A DNA stretch of 64,000 bases from an uncultured Oscillospiraceae bacterium (GTDB lineage: Bacteria; Bacillota; Clostridia; Oscillospirales; Oscillospiraceae). The stretch is taken from the NCBI GenBank assembly GCA_905235655.1, contig CAJOMA010000003.1:4067-68066 (forward strand), written 5' to 3'. Within the stretch, counting starts at the first letter, position 1, and each line of letters begins with the position of its first letter. The position numbers and the translations under genes were made by a program. Shown one piece after another: positions 36,334 to 44,813 of this stretch. The notes below the pieces were generated by a model that was not told the DNA's origin, did no database searches, and saw nothing but the letters and a program-made list of their open reading frames with translations.

Positions 36334-38811
36334 CTACGGGATTTCCTCCTCCACCGGAGGGTTGGGGTCAAAGGTGCCGTTTTGCATCTGCTCCCACTGC
36401 TCTTTCGTAATCAGGAGCTGCCGCGGCTTCGCGCCCTCAAAGGGACCGACAATGCCGCGCTCTTCCATCTCGTCGACGATTCGCGCGGCTCTGGCATAGC
36501 CGAGCTTCAAGCGGCGCTGGAGCATGGAAACGGACGCCTGACCGGTTTCCAGAATGACCTCCACGGCGGCGGGCAGCAGCTCGTCGCCCTCGGTTTCCTC
36601 CGCGCCTCGAACAGGATCGGCAGCGGCAGCAGCCGATTTTCCGGTCTGCTCCGCGCGTTTTTCGATCTGCTCGATGATTTCCGTGGAGTAATTGCTCTGC
36701 GACTGCGCCTTGATCGAGGAGACGACAGCCTGCACTTCATCATCGGTGATGAAGCAGCCCTGAATACGCTTGGGTTTTCCCTGTCCGAGCGGTGCAAAGA
36801 GCATGTCGCCCTTGCCGACGAGCTTTTCCGCGCCCTGCGTGTCGAGTATGATACGAGACTCCATCGCAGACGAGACAGCGAAGGCGATTCTCGACGGAAT
36901 GTTTGCCTTCATCAGACCCGTAATAACGTCTGCGGAGGGACGCTGCGTGGCGATCACGAGGTGGATGCCGGACGCGCGGCCCATCTGCGCGATACGGCAG
37001 ATGGATTCTTCGACTTCCTTCGCCGCAACAAGCATCAGATCGGCAAGCTCGTCGATCACGACCACGATCTGCGGCATGGGCTGCTGATCGGGATCGTTGA
37101 CGATCGCCTTGTTGTACGATTCGAGATCGCGCACGCCCTCTTCGGACATCATGCGGTAGCGGCGCATCATTTCGGTCACCGTCCACTGCAGCGCGCCTGC
37201 CGCCTTCTTCGGGTCGGTCACAACGGGGATCAGCAGGTGCGGAATGCCGTTGTACACGCCGAGCTCGACCATCTTCGGGTCGACCATGATGAGCTTGACC
37301 TCATCCGGCTTCGCCTTATACAGCAGAGATAGAATGAGGGTGTTCATGCAGACGGATTTACCGGAGCCGGTCGTGCCTGCAATCAGCATGTGCGGCAGCT
37401 TGGAGATATCGCCGACAATACAGTTGCCGCTGATATCCTTGCCGACGGCGAAGGATATCTTGGACTTGCTGTTTTTGAACGACGGCGAGTCGATGACCTC
37501 GCGGGCGTAGACCACGTTGATCGCCTTGTTCGGCACCTCGATGCCGACGACGGAGATTTTATCGGGGATCGCGGAAATTCGCACGCCGGTCGCGCCGAGC
37601 GAGAGCGCGATATCGTCCGCAAGGTTGGTGATCTTGGACAGCTTCACGCCGCGATCGAGTTCGAGCTCATAGCGCGTGACGGACGGACCGCGGATGACGT
37701 CGACAATATGCGGCTCAATGCCGAAGCTTTCCAGCGTGTCTGCCAGACGCTTGGAGTTTTCACGCATTTCACCGGTTGCGTCGATCATGCTCTGGCGGCG
37801 AAGGTCAAGCAGGGAGATCGGCGGAAATTTGTATTCCTGCGCTTTCTCCTCCGCTTTCTTTTCGATTTCCTGCGTGATTTCAGCAGCTTCGGCGGCAGCC
37901 TCGCCCTTTTTGATCTTTTCCGGCTCCTGCGCAGCGGGCTTCGGCTTCGGCGCAGGCGGCATCAGCTCGATCTCGTCGATCGTGACCTGCTTCTTCTCTG
38001 CGTCGATCAGCGGCAGCGGCTTGTCCTCCGCCGGCGCTTCCTCCGCGTTCTGCGCACGAGGCTTCCTTCCCTTCTTCTCCTTCAAACCGGGAGGATCGTC
38101 GACCGGAAGGTCATAATCGGAAATCCTTTGCGGATGTCTGCGCTCATAACGCTCTATGCGCTTGTTCTGCACATGATTGACCAGTCGTTCTGCGGGATCA
38201 ATCTCCGCGGCAGGCTCTTTCTCCGCCTTCGGCATCGGCGGACGGTTTTTGATCGCCGTGATCAGGCTGTTGATCGTGATACCGAAAATCGTCATCACCT
38301 GCAGGATAATGAGGATCAAAAATACGATCAAGCCGCCGAATTTCGTGATCGCGGCTTCCAGAAGCTCCGCGATCAGACCGGGAATCAGGCCGCCGCTTGA
38401 CCAGTCCTTGCCACCCGCCCAAAGCGCCGACACGGACAGCAGCGTATTGCTGCCGGAGAAAATCTCATAGAGCAGGTGCGCAACACCGGAGACCGTGACG
38501 ATCAGAGTGAGCATGCAGAAGATTCGCAGCTTCACGGGTCTGTCCTTGCTCTTAAACAGCGTAATCGCAATCGCGACCAGCGCGATCGGTAATATGTACC
38601 TGCCCAACTGACCGAACAGACCGCCGACCAGACCAGCGCCGGTCGAGAGCAGGAAGGCGTCCGTAGGCAGACAGCACAAGAAGGCAAGGATCGCTATGAG
38701 CAGGAGCAGAATCCCCGTAAACTCCCGGCGGTTCTGCTGCTCGCGCATCGTCGCGGTCACATGCTTGCTCGACTGGGACGTATTTTTCTTGTTTTTGGAT
38801 TTATTCGACAT
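36334..38811 (-). CDS. ftsK: FtsK/SpoIIIE DNA translocase
   Basis: N-terminal TMs, GTTGSGKS, VIDELADLM, ATQRPS and gamma-domain LQRRLKLGYARAARI. Confidence 0.95.
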   Translation of the reverse strand: MSNKSKNKKNTSQSSKHVTATMREQQNRREFTGILLLLIAILAFLCCLPTDAFLLSTGAGLVGGLFGQLGRYILPIALVAIAITLFKSKDRPVKLRIFCMLTLIVTVSGVAHLLYEIFSGSNTLLSVSALWAGGKDWSSGGLIPGLIAELLEAAITKFGGLIVFLILIILQVMTIFGITINSLITAIKNRPPMPKAEKEPAAEIDPAERLVNHVQNKRIERYERRHPQRISDYDLPVDDPPGLKEKKGRKPRAQNAEEAPAEDKPLPLIDAEKKQVTIDEIELMPPAPKPKPAAQEPEKIKKGEAAAEAAEITQEIEKKAEEKAQEYKFPPISLLDLRRQSMIDATGEMRENSKRLADTLESFGIEPHIVDVIRGPSVTRYELELDRGVKLSKITNLADDIALSLGATGVRISAIPDKISVVGIEVPNKAINVVYAREVIDSPSFKNSKSKISFAVGKDISGNCIVGDISKLPHMLIAGTTGSGKSVCMNTLILSLLYKAKPDEVKLIMVDPKMVELGVYNGIPHLLIPVVTDPKKAAGALQWTVTEMMRRYRMMSEEGVRDLESYNKAIVNDPDQQPMPQIVVVIDELADLMLVAAKEVEESICRIAQMGRASGIHLVIATQRPSADVITGLMKANIPSRIAFAVSSAMESRIILDTQGAEKLVGKGDMLFAPLGQGKPKRIQGCFITDDEVQAVVSSIKAQSQSNYSTEIIEQIEKRAEQTGKSAAAAADPVRGAEETEGDELLPAAVEVILETGQASVSMLQRRLKLGYARAARIVDEMEERGIVGPFEGAKPRQLLITKEQWEQMQNGTFDPNPPVEEEIP

Positions 38812-38823
38812 TCCGTTTCCTCC

Positions 38824-39663
38824 TTACGAGTTGATCAGCGCGAGGATCAGCACGATCGCTGCGGCTTCCCAACTGTAATAAGCAAAGAGATTGAGCTTGT
38901 TTCGCTGCATCAGATAGCGGAAATACTGGATCGCGAAATAGCCTGCAGCCGCCGCGAAAGCGACGGTGAGCAGCATCGGCAGCAGGATCGCAAAGGTAAA
39001 CGAGCCGTAAAGAAAGGCGCGGATGAGATGATAGAAAAATGCGACAAATTCAAAGGCAAGCGTCAGCATATAGGCGAGGCGGACGTTGTATTCGTTTTTC
39101 AGTCCGCGCAGTCTGCCTACGGAAAGCGATATCCCGAGAGAGGAAAGACCCGGTAGCACCCAAAAGGCTCTGCCGATGCCGATCCACAGCATATCGGACA
39201 AGAGCACGCGGCGCTCATCCCTGCCGCCCTCGCGCGTGCGGAAGCAGAGAAACAGGATTAAACCGTTCAGAATAAACAGCAGCGCGACGTAAACCAAGCC
39301 GGAGAAATGATCGACCAGCGTCGCAAAAATCAGCGACAGCAGCATCGGCAGCAGCGCAAACAGACCGAGCACAATGCTGCGGACGCGCAGCCGGTCGTAA
39401 CGCTCCTTGCGTCTGCGCTTTTTGATTCCGGTGATTATCAGAACTTCCCTGCCGAGCGTCCGCGATTCCGGACGGAAGGCGATATTGATCGCGAGGATCA
39501 CGCCGATGCAGATCGCAAGGCGGATATAGTATCCGCCGCCCTCATTCAGCGGCGCCATATTAAACGCACTGCGCGCAAGCGCATAGTGACCCGTGAAGGA
39601 GATCGGCAGCAGCTCGGAAACGCCGCCGAACAGACCGTAAAGGATCGCTTCCCAAATCTTCAA
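38824..39663 (-). CDS. UppP/BacA-like membrane protein with degenerate catalytic motifs
   Basis: ELLPISFTGH and PGLSSLG correspond to the BacA motifs EFLPVSSTGH and PGxSRSG; TTG start after GAGGAG. Confidence 0.75.
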   Translation of the reverse strand: MKIWEAILYGLFGGVSELLPISFTGHYALARSAFNMAPLNEGGGYYIRLAICIGVILAINIAFRPESRTLGREVLIITGIKKRRRKERYDRLRVRSIVLGLFALLPMLLSLIFATLVDHFSGLVYVALLFILNGLILFLCFRTREGGRDERRVLLSDMLWIGIGRAFWVLPGLSSLGISLSVGRLRGLKNEYNVRLAYMLTLAFEFVAFFYHLIRAFLYGSFTFAILLPMLLTVAFAAAAGYFAIQYFRYLMQRNKLNLFAYYSWEAAAIVLILALINS

Positions 39664-39747
39664 GTTCCAGTCTCCTCTGTTTATTTTGGAACAGTCTTTC
39701 GCATTCTGAATGATTATATCACATTCCGCTTGAAATTTCCATCATTT

Positions 39748-40434
39748 TTATGAATTTCTCTTTGCGTTCTTCTTTTTTGCCGCAATCATGCGGTGCAGCG
39801 TGTCCAAGGCGTCGTGCAAGCTCCCGAGCCGGTCGATCAGACCGCTTTGCACCGCTTCCCTGCCGTAGACGATCGTGCCGACGTCGGTTGCGATCTGACC
39901 CGTCGCCATCATATATTCGGAGAACTTCTCCCTGCTAATTCTGGAGTTTGCGGTCACAAAATCCGTGATCTGCTCCTGAATCCGCTGGAAATAATGATAC
40001 GTTGCCGGTGCGCCGACGACCAGACCGCTCATTCTGACGGGATGGATCATCATACTGGCGGACGGCGCGATCATGCTTTTCTTTGCGGAAACAGCGAGCG
40101 GAATGCCGATCGAATGTCCGCCGCCAAGCACCAGAGAGACGGTCGGCTTCTTCATGCCGGAGATCAGCTCCGAGATCGCAAGCCCCGCCTCGATATCGCC
40201 GCCGACCGTATTGAGCAGCAGCAGGAGTCCGTCAATATCGTCGCTTTCCTCAATCGTCGCAAGCAGCGGCAGAACATGTTCGTATTTCGTCGTCTTTACC
40301 GTCTCTGGCGCGACCTGATGCCCCTCGATCTGACCGATGATCGTCAGAGTATAAATACAGCCGCGGTCTGTCCTCGTCAGACCCGCGCCCAAATCCTCCA
40401 TACGCTCCTGCGTCAGCGTTCTTTCTTCTTCCAT
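39748..40434 (-). CDS. tepA: ClpP-like protease TepA
   Basis: IIGQIEGH, TTKYEHVLP, LNTVGGD and LGGGHSIG motifs; tepA-ftsK synteny. Confidence 0.85.
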   Translation of the reverse strand: MEEERTLTQERMEDLGAGLTRTDRGCIYTLTIIGQIEGHQVAPETVKTTKYEHVLPLLATIEESDDIDGLLLLLNTVGGDIEAGLAISELISGMKKPTVSLVLGGGHSIGIPLAVSAKKSMIAPSASMMIHPVRMSGLVVGAPATYHYFQRIQEQITDFVTANSRISREKFSEYMMATGQIATDVGTIVYGREAVQSGLIDRLGSLHDALDTLHRMIAAKKKNAKRNS

Positions 40435-40458
40435 CGTTTGCCTCCAAGATTTTTCGCT

Positions 40459-40487
40459 TAGTATTCCACAGATTGGAAGAAGTAAAC
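40459..40487 (-). promoter_or_regulatory. Possible sigma-G promoter of tepA
   Basis: GTTTA-N17-AATACTA; tepA is forespore-expressed in B. subtilis. Confidence 0.4.
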
Positions 40488-40494
40488 ATAGAAC

Positions 40495-40523
40495 TTGAAA
40501 AAACCGCGGCTTCCTGTTATAAT
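40495..40523 (+). promoter_or_regulatory. sigma-A promoter of the TSCPD-domain gene
   Basis: TTGAAA-N17-TATAAT with extended TG. Confidence 0.7.
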
Positions 40524-40544
40524 GCAAAAAAAGGAGGGATTCAG

Positions 40545-40796
40545 ATGCATTATGAATATAAAACGCGCGGCGTCTGCGCGTCGAAAATCGTTTTTGATCT
40601 CGAAGACGGCGTTGTCGACAACATTCGATTCATCGGCGGCTGCTCCGGAAACACCCAGGGCGTTGCCGCCCTTGCAAACGGAAAGCCGGCGGACGAGGTA
40701 ATCTCCATTTTGCAGGGCATCCGCTGCGGTTTCAAGCAATCTTCCTGCCCCGACCAGCTCGCGCAGGCGCTGCTCGCCGCAAAGGAGCAACAATAA
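40545..40796 (+). CDS. Stand-alone TSCPD-domain protein (TIGR03905-like)
   Basis: GVCASKI, GGCSGN and IRCG..SSCPDQLA motifs; ATG after AAGGAGG. Confidence 0.85.
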   Translation: MHYEYKTRGVCASKIVFDLEDGVVDNIRFIGGCSGNTQGVAALANGKPADEVISILQGIRCGFKQSSCPDQLAQALLAAKEQQ

Positions 40797-40798
40797 AT

Positions 40799-40830
40799 AA
40801 GGAAGCTGCTGTTAATTCGGCAGCTTCCTT
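40799..40830. terminator. Bidirectional terminator
   Basis: aaggaagctgc / gcagcttcctt 11-bp stem between convergent genes. Confidence 0.8.
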
Positions 40831-40841
40831 TGTTATGTCTC

Positions 40842-42734
40842 TCAGATCATCAGACTGCAAACAAGATCGCTGAACGACGTCGGGTCTTCCAGCGGCAGAT
40901 TCGCCATCAGCAGACCCTGCTGATACAGCAAATCTGCATATTTCTTCGCCTTATCGGGATCGGACGCAACGCACGCGCGCAGGACAGACAGCGCCGCGTG
41001 ATCCGGATTGATCTGCAGCACCTTGCCGGCCTTGAGGTCGGCGTTCGGGTCCATCGCGCGAAAATACTTCTCCATCTCAAAGCTCATGCCGCCGTCCGGC
41101 ACCATGGAGACCGCGTGCGAGCCGAGTTCGTTCGAAACGCGCACGTCCGCGACCTTGTCGCCGAGTGTTTCCTTGAGGAAGGCAACGCAGTCCTTGAACT
41201 GCTCCGCTTTTTCCTCTGCGGCCTTCTTTTCCTCGTCCGTCGCAAGATCGAGCTCGTCCGTCAGGATATTGCGGAATTCATGCTCCTCATACTTGTTCAG
41301 CGTCTGCGGGATGAATTCATCGACCTGCTCCGTCAGAAGCAGCACGTCGAAGCCGCGCTCGCGTAGCAGGGTCGTCTGCGGCAGCTTGGAAAGCTGCTGC
41401 GCCGTATTGCCGGTCACAAAGTAGATGTGCTTTTGCGACTGCGGCATCTTCTCGCAGTATTCCTTGAGGGTCACGAGCTTCCCTTCCTTGTCGGAATGGA
41501 ATTCAACCAGGTCCTGCAGCATTTCCTTGTGCATGCCGTAATCGGAGACAAGACCGTACTTGAGATTGCGTCCGAAGGCGGCGTAGAACTTTTCATATGC
41601 CGCTCTGTCCTGCTCCAGCAGGCGAAGCAGCTCCGCCTTGATCTTCTTTTCGAGATTAGACGCAATTGTTTTCAGCTCTCTCGTGTGCTGCAGCAGCTCG
41701 CGGCTGATGTTCAGACTCAGATCCTGCGTATCCACTACGCCGCGGACGAAACGGAAATGCTCCGGCAGGAGGTCTTCGCAGTGATCCATGATCATCACGC
41801 CGGAGGAATAGAGCTGCAGACCGGACTTATAATCCTTCGTGTAGAAATCATACGGCGCTTTCGCAGGAATGTAGAGCAGCGCCTTATAGGTGACCGTGCC
41901 CTCGACGGAGATCGGGATCACGCTCACCGGCTCCTCGTAATCAAAGAACTTCTCGCGGTAGAAGGCTTTGTATTCCTCGTCCGTGACGTCCTTCTTGTTC
42001 TTTTGCCAGAGCGGCACCATGGAGTTCAGCGTCTGATCCTCAAGAACCGTCTCATATTTCGGCTCGTCGGCGTCCATCGTTTCCTCCGTCGGCTTGCGCT
42101 CCTCCACCTCCATACGGATCGGATAGCGGATATAGTCAGAATACTTTTTCACCAGGCCGCGCAGGCGGTAGTCCCCGAGATAGTCGCTGTAACGCTCTTC
42201 CTCCGTATCGGGCTTGAGCTTCAGAATGATCTGCGTGCCCGCGCTCTCCTTTTCGCATTCCGTGACCGTATAGCCGTCTGCGCCGGAGGAGTGCCATTTC
42301 CACGCCTGATCTTCCCCGTACCTCTTCGAGATCACGGTGACCTCCTCGGCGACCATGAACGCGGAATAGAAGCCGACGCCGAACTGACCGATGATGTCGA
42401 TATCCTCCTGCTTTTCCATCGCCGCCTTGAAATTCAGAGAGCCGCTGTGCGCGATTGTGCCGAGGTTTTCTTCCATTTCCTCCCTGCTCATGCCGATGCC
42501 GTTATCGGAAACGGTCAGCGTTCCTGCCTCCTTATCGGCGGCGAGGCGGATATAGAAATCGCTTCTGCTCAAGCCGACGGACTGATCCGTCAGCGCCAGA
42601 TATGCGAGCTTATCAATCGCGTCAGAGGCGTTCGAAATCAGCTCCCGAAGAAAAATCTCCTTATGCGTATAAATCGAATTGATCATCAAGTCCAGCAGGC
42701 GCTTGGATTCCGCCTTAAACTGCTTCTTTGCCAT
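40842..42734 (-). CDS. htpG: Molecular chaperone HtpG (Hsp90)
   Basis: FLRELISNASDA, DNGIGM, IGQFGVGFYSAFMV and GVVDTQDL motifs. Confidence 0.96.
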   Translation of the reverse strand: MAKKQFKAESKRLLDLMINSIYTHKEIFLRELISNASDAIDKLAYLALTDQSVGLSRSDFYIRLAADKEAGTLTVSDNGIGMSREEMEENLGTIAHSGSLNFKAAMEKQEDIDIIGQFGVGFYSAFMVAEEVTVISKRYGEDQAWKWHSSGADGYTVTECEKESAGTQIILKLKPDTEEERYSDYLGDYRLRGLVKKYSDYIRYPIRMEVEERKPTEETMDADEPKYETVLEDQTLNSMVPLWQKNKKDVTDEEYKAFYREKFFDYEEPVSVIPISVEGTVTYKALLYIPAKAPYDFYTKDYKSGLQLYSSGVMIMDHCEDLLPEHFRFVRGVVDTQDLSLNISRELLQHTRELKTIASNLEKKIKAELLRLLEQDRAAYEKFYAAFGRNLKYGLVSDYGMHKEMLQDLVEFHSDKEGKLVTLKEYCEKMPQSQKHIYFVTGNTAQQLSKLPQTTLLRERGFDVLLLTEQVDEFIPQTLNKYEEHEFRNILTDELDLATDEEKKAAEEKAEQFKDCVAFLKETLGDKVADVRVSNELGSHAVSMVPDGGMSFEMEKYFRAMDPNADLKAGKVLQINPDHAALSVLRACVASDPDKAKKYADLLYQQGLLMANLPLEDPTSFSDLVCSLMI

Positions 42735-42757
42735 GTAAATCATCTTCCTTTGTAGTT

Positions 42758-42784
42758 TTGGCACTCTGCGCTTTTGAGTGCTAA
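42758..42784 (-). promoter_or_regulatory. CIRCE operator (HrcA)
   Basis: TTAGCACTC-N9-GAGTGCCAA, one mismatch to consensus, just downstream of TTGCAA-N16-TATAAT. Confidence 0.88.
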
Positions 42785-42886
42785 TCCTATTATATCGCGG
42801 AAAAATAAAATTGCAAGCCCCGTAACAAAGAATTCATACTTTATTTCTTTGCCGCTGTGTGATACACTGAAAACGAGGTGAAACAC

Positions 42887-44488
42887 ATGATTACAGTCAG
42901 CGATGTGGCGCTGCAATTCGGCGGCACTTACCTGTTTCAGCACGTTGATCTGCAATTCACTGCGGGTAACTGCTACGGCGTGATCGGCGCGAACGGGGCG
43001 GGAAAATCGACGTTTTTGAAGCTCCTTTCCGGCGAACTGGAAACGACGAAGGGCGAAATCACGATCAAACCCGGTCTGCGCATGTCCGTATTGAAGCAGA
43101 ATCAGTTTGAATATGACGCATATTCGGTGATCGACACGGTGATTATGGGCAACAAACGTCTTTATGACGTGATGAAGCAGAAGGACGCGCTATACGCAAA
43201 GCCTGATTTTTCCGATGATGACGGCATTCTCGCCTCTGAGCTGGAGATCGAATTTGCCGAGATGAACGGCTGGGAGGCGGAGTCAGACGCGAGCCGCATT
43301 CTGCAGGGGCTTGGGATTCCCGTCGAGCTGCATGAGGACGCGATGGCGGACACCGACCCGCGTCTGAAGGTCAAGGTTCTGCTTGCGCAGGCGCTGTTCG
43401 GCAATCCGGATATTATTCTTCTGGACGAGCCGACCAACAACCTCGATATCGAGTCGATCAACTGGCTGGAAAACTTCCTGCTGGACTATGAGGACAACGG
43501 CACGGTGATCGTCGTCAGTCACGACCGTCACTTTCTTAACACCGTCTGCACGCACATCGTGGACATCGACTACGGCAAGATCAAAATGTACGTCGGCAAC
43601 TACGATTTCTGGTATGAATCCAGTCAGCTTGTGCAGACCCTGCTGCGCAACAAGAACAAGCGTAATGAGGAAAAGATCGCGGAGCTGCAGGAATTTATCT
43701 CCCGCTTCTCCGCGAACAAGGCAAAGAGCAAGCAGGCAACGGCGCGCCGCCGCCTGCTGGAAAAGCTGAGCATCGAAGAGATTCCGATGTCCTCCCGCCG
43801 CTACCCCTTCGTCGGCTTTACCAGAGAACGTGAGGTTGGCAAGGATATTCTGTTTGTCACGGAAATCAGCAAAACCTTGGACGGCGTCAAGCTGCTCGAC
43901 AAGGTCTCCTTTACCGTGAACAAGAACGACAAGATCGCCTTCGTCGGCGAAAACGAGCTGGCGCAGACGACAATGTTCAAGATACTGATGGGAGAATCAG
44001 AGCCGGACGAGGGCAGCGTCCACTGGGGCGTGACGACCTCGCAAAGCTATTTCCCGAAAGACAATTCTGCATTCTTTGAGGGCTGCGACGATTCCCTTGT
44101 AGACTGGCTGCGGCAGTTCTCCGCAAAGAAGGACGACGTTTATCTGCGCAGTTTTCTCGGCAGAATGCTCTTTTCCGGCGACGATGTGTTCAAGCCGGTC
44201 AGCGTCCTGTCCGGCGGCGAGAAGGTACGCTGCATGCTTTCCAAAATGATGCTGTCCGGCGCAAACGTACTCCTGCTCGATCAGCCGACCAACCATCTCG
44301 ATATGGAATCCATCCAGGCGGTCAACAACGGCATGGCAGCTTTCCCGGGAAATATCCTGTTCGCAAGCCACGATCATGAGCTTTTGCAGTCGGTCGCCAA
44401 CCGGATTATTGAGTTCCGCCCCGACGGGACGATCACCGATTACCTCGGCACTTATGACGAATATCTGGAATACAGAAAAGACCAATAA
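42887..44488 (+). CDS. ABC-F family ATPase (YbiT-like)
   Basis: Two NBDs and no TM helices; GANGAGKST, LLDEPTN and LSGGEK motifs; PtIM-type linker. Confidence 0.9.
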   Translation: MITVSDVALQFGGTYLFQHVDLQFTAGNCYGVIGANGAGKSTFLKLLSGELETTKGEITIKPGLRMSVLKQNQFEYDAYSVIDTVIMGNKRLYDVMKQKDALYAKPDFSDDDGILASELEIEFAEMNGWEAESDASRILQGLGIPVELHEDAMADTDPRLKVKVLLAQALFGNPDIILLDEPTNNLDIESINWLENFLLDYEDNGTVIVVSHDRHFLNTVCTHIVDIDYGKIKMYVGNYDFWYESSQLVQTLLRNKNKRNEEKIAELQEFISRFSANKAKSKQATARRRLLEKLSIEEIPMSSRRYPFVGFTREREVGKDILFVTEISKTLDGVKLLDKVSFTVNKNDKIAFVGENELAQTTMFKILMGESEPDEGSVHWGVTTSQSYFPKDNSAFFEGCDDSLVDWLRQFSAKKDDVYLRSFLGRMLFSGDDVFKPVSVLSGGEKVRCMLSKMMLSGANVLLLDQPTNHLDMESIQAVNNGMAAFPGNILFASHDHELLQSVANRIIEFRPDGTITDYLGTYDEYLEYRKDQ

Positions 44489-44490
44489 TA

Positions 44491-44521
44491 AACGGTGCGC
44501 TGCTAACACAGCGCACCCGAT
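44491..44521. repeat. Terminator hairpin; left direct repeat of MITE copy 2
   Basis: aacggtgcgctgctaacacagcgcacccgat; repeated at 44773-44804 with one extra G. Confidence 0.82.
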
Positions 44522-44772
44522 CAGACTGTCAAAAAGTCCGTAACCGTCAAAATCAGCAAAGATTTTTCGGCCTATTTCGCGGACTATGCATTTTTCGATT
44601 TCTTAAATTTCCTAACTTTTTGGTTAAACAAACGCTTGCTTCGCAAGGATTTTGACTTACTGCGCAACTCACGACCTACCGTATCTATTATACGCCGACG
44701 GTCGTGAGTTGCTTGTCTTCCGAACTTTTTGGCAGCCTGCCAGCGTGTCGAAAAAGGTTTTTCGACACGCTG
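44522..44772. mobile_element. Non-autonomous MITE-like element, copy 2 (251 bp)
   Basis: Same ends as copy 1 (cagactgtcaaaaag ... tttttcgacacgctg); shared internal blocks; flanked by about 31-bp direct repeats. Confidence 0.78.
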
Positions 44773-44804
44773 AACGGGTGCGCTGCTAACACAGCGCACC
44801 CGAT
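44773..44804. terminator. ispH-rpsA terminator; right direct repeat of MITE copy 2
   Basis: 11-bp stem cgggtgcgctg-ctaaca-cagcgcacccg. Confidence 0.8.
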
Positions 44805-44813
44805 ATTTTTCGC

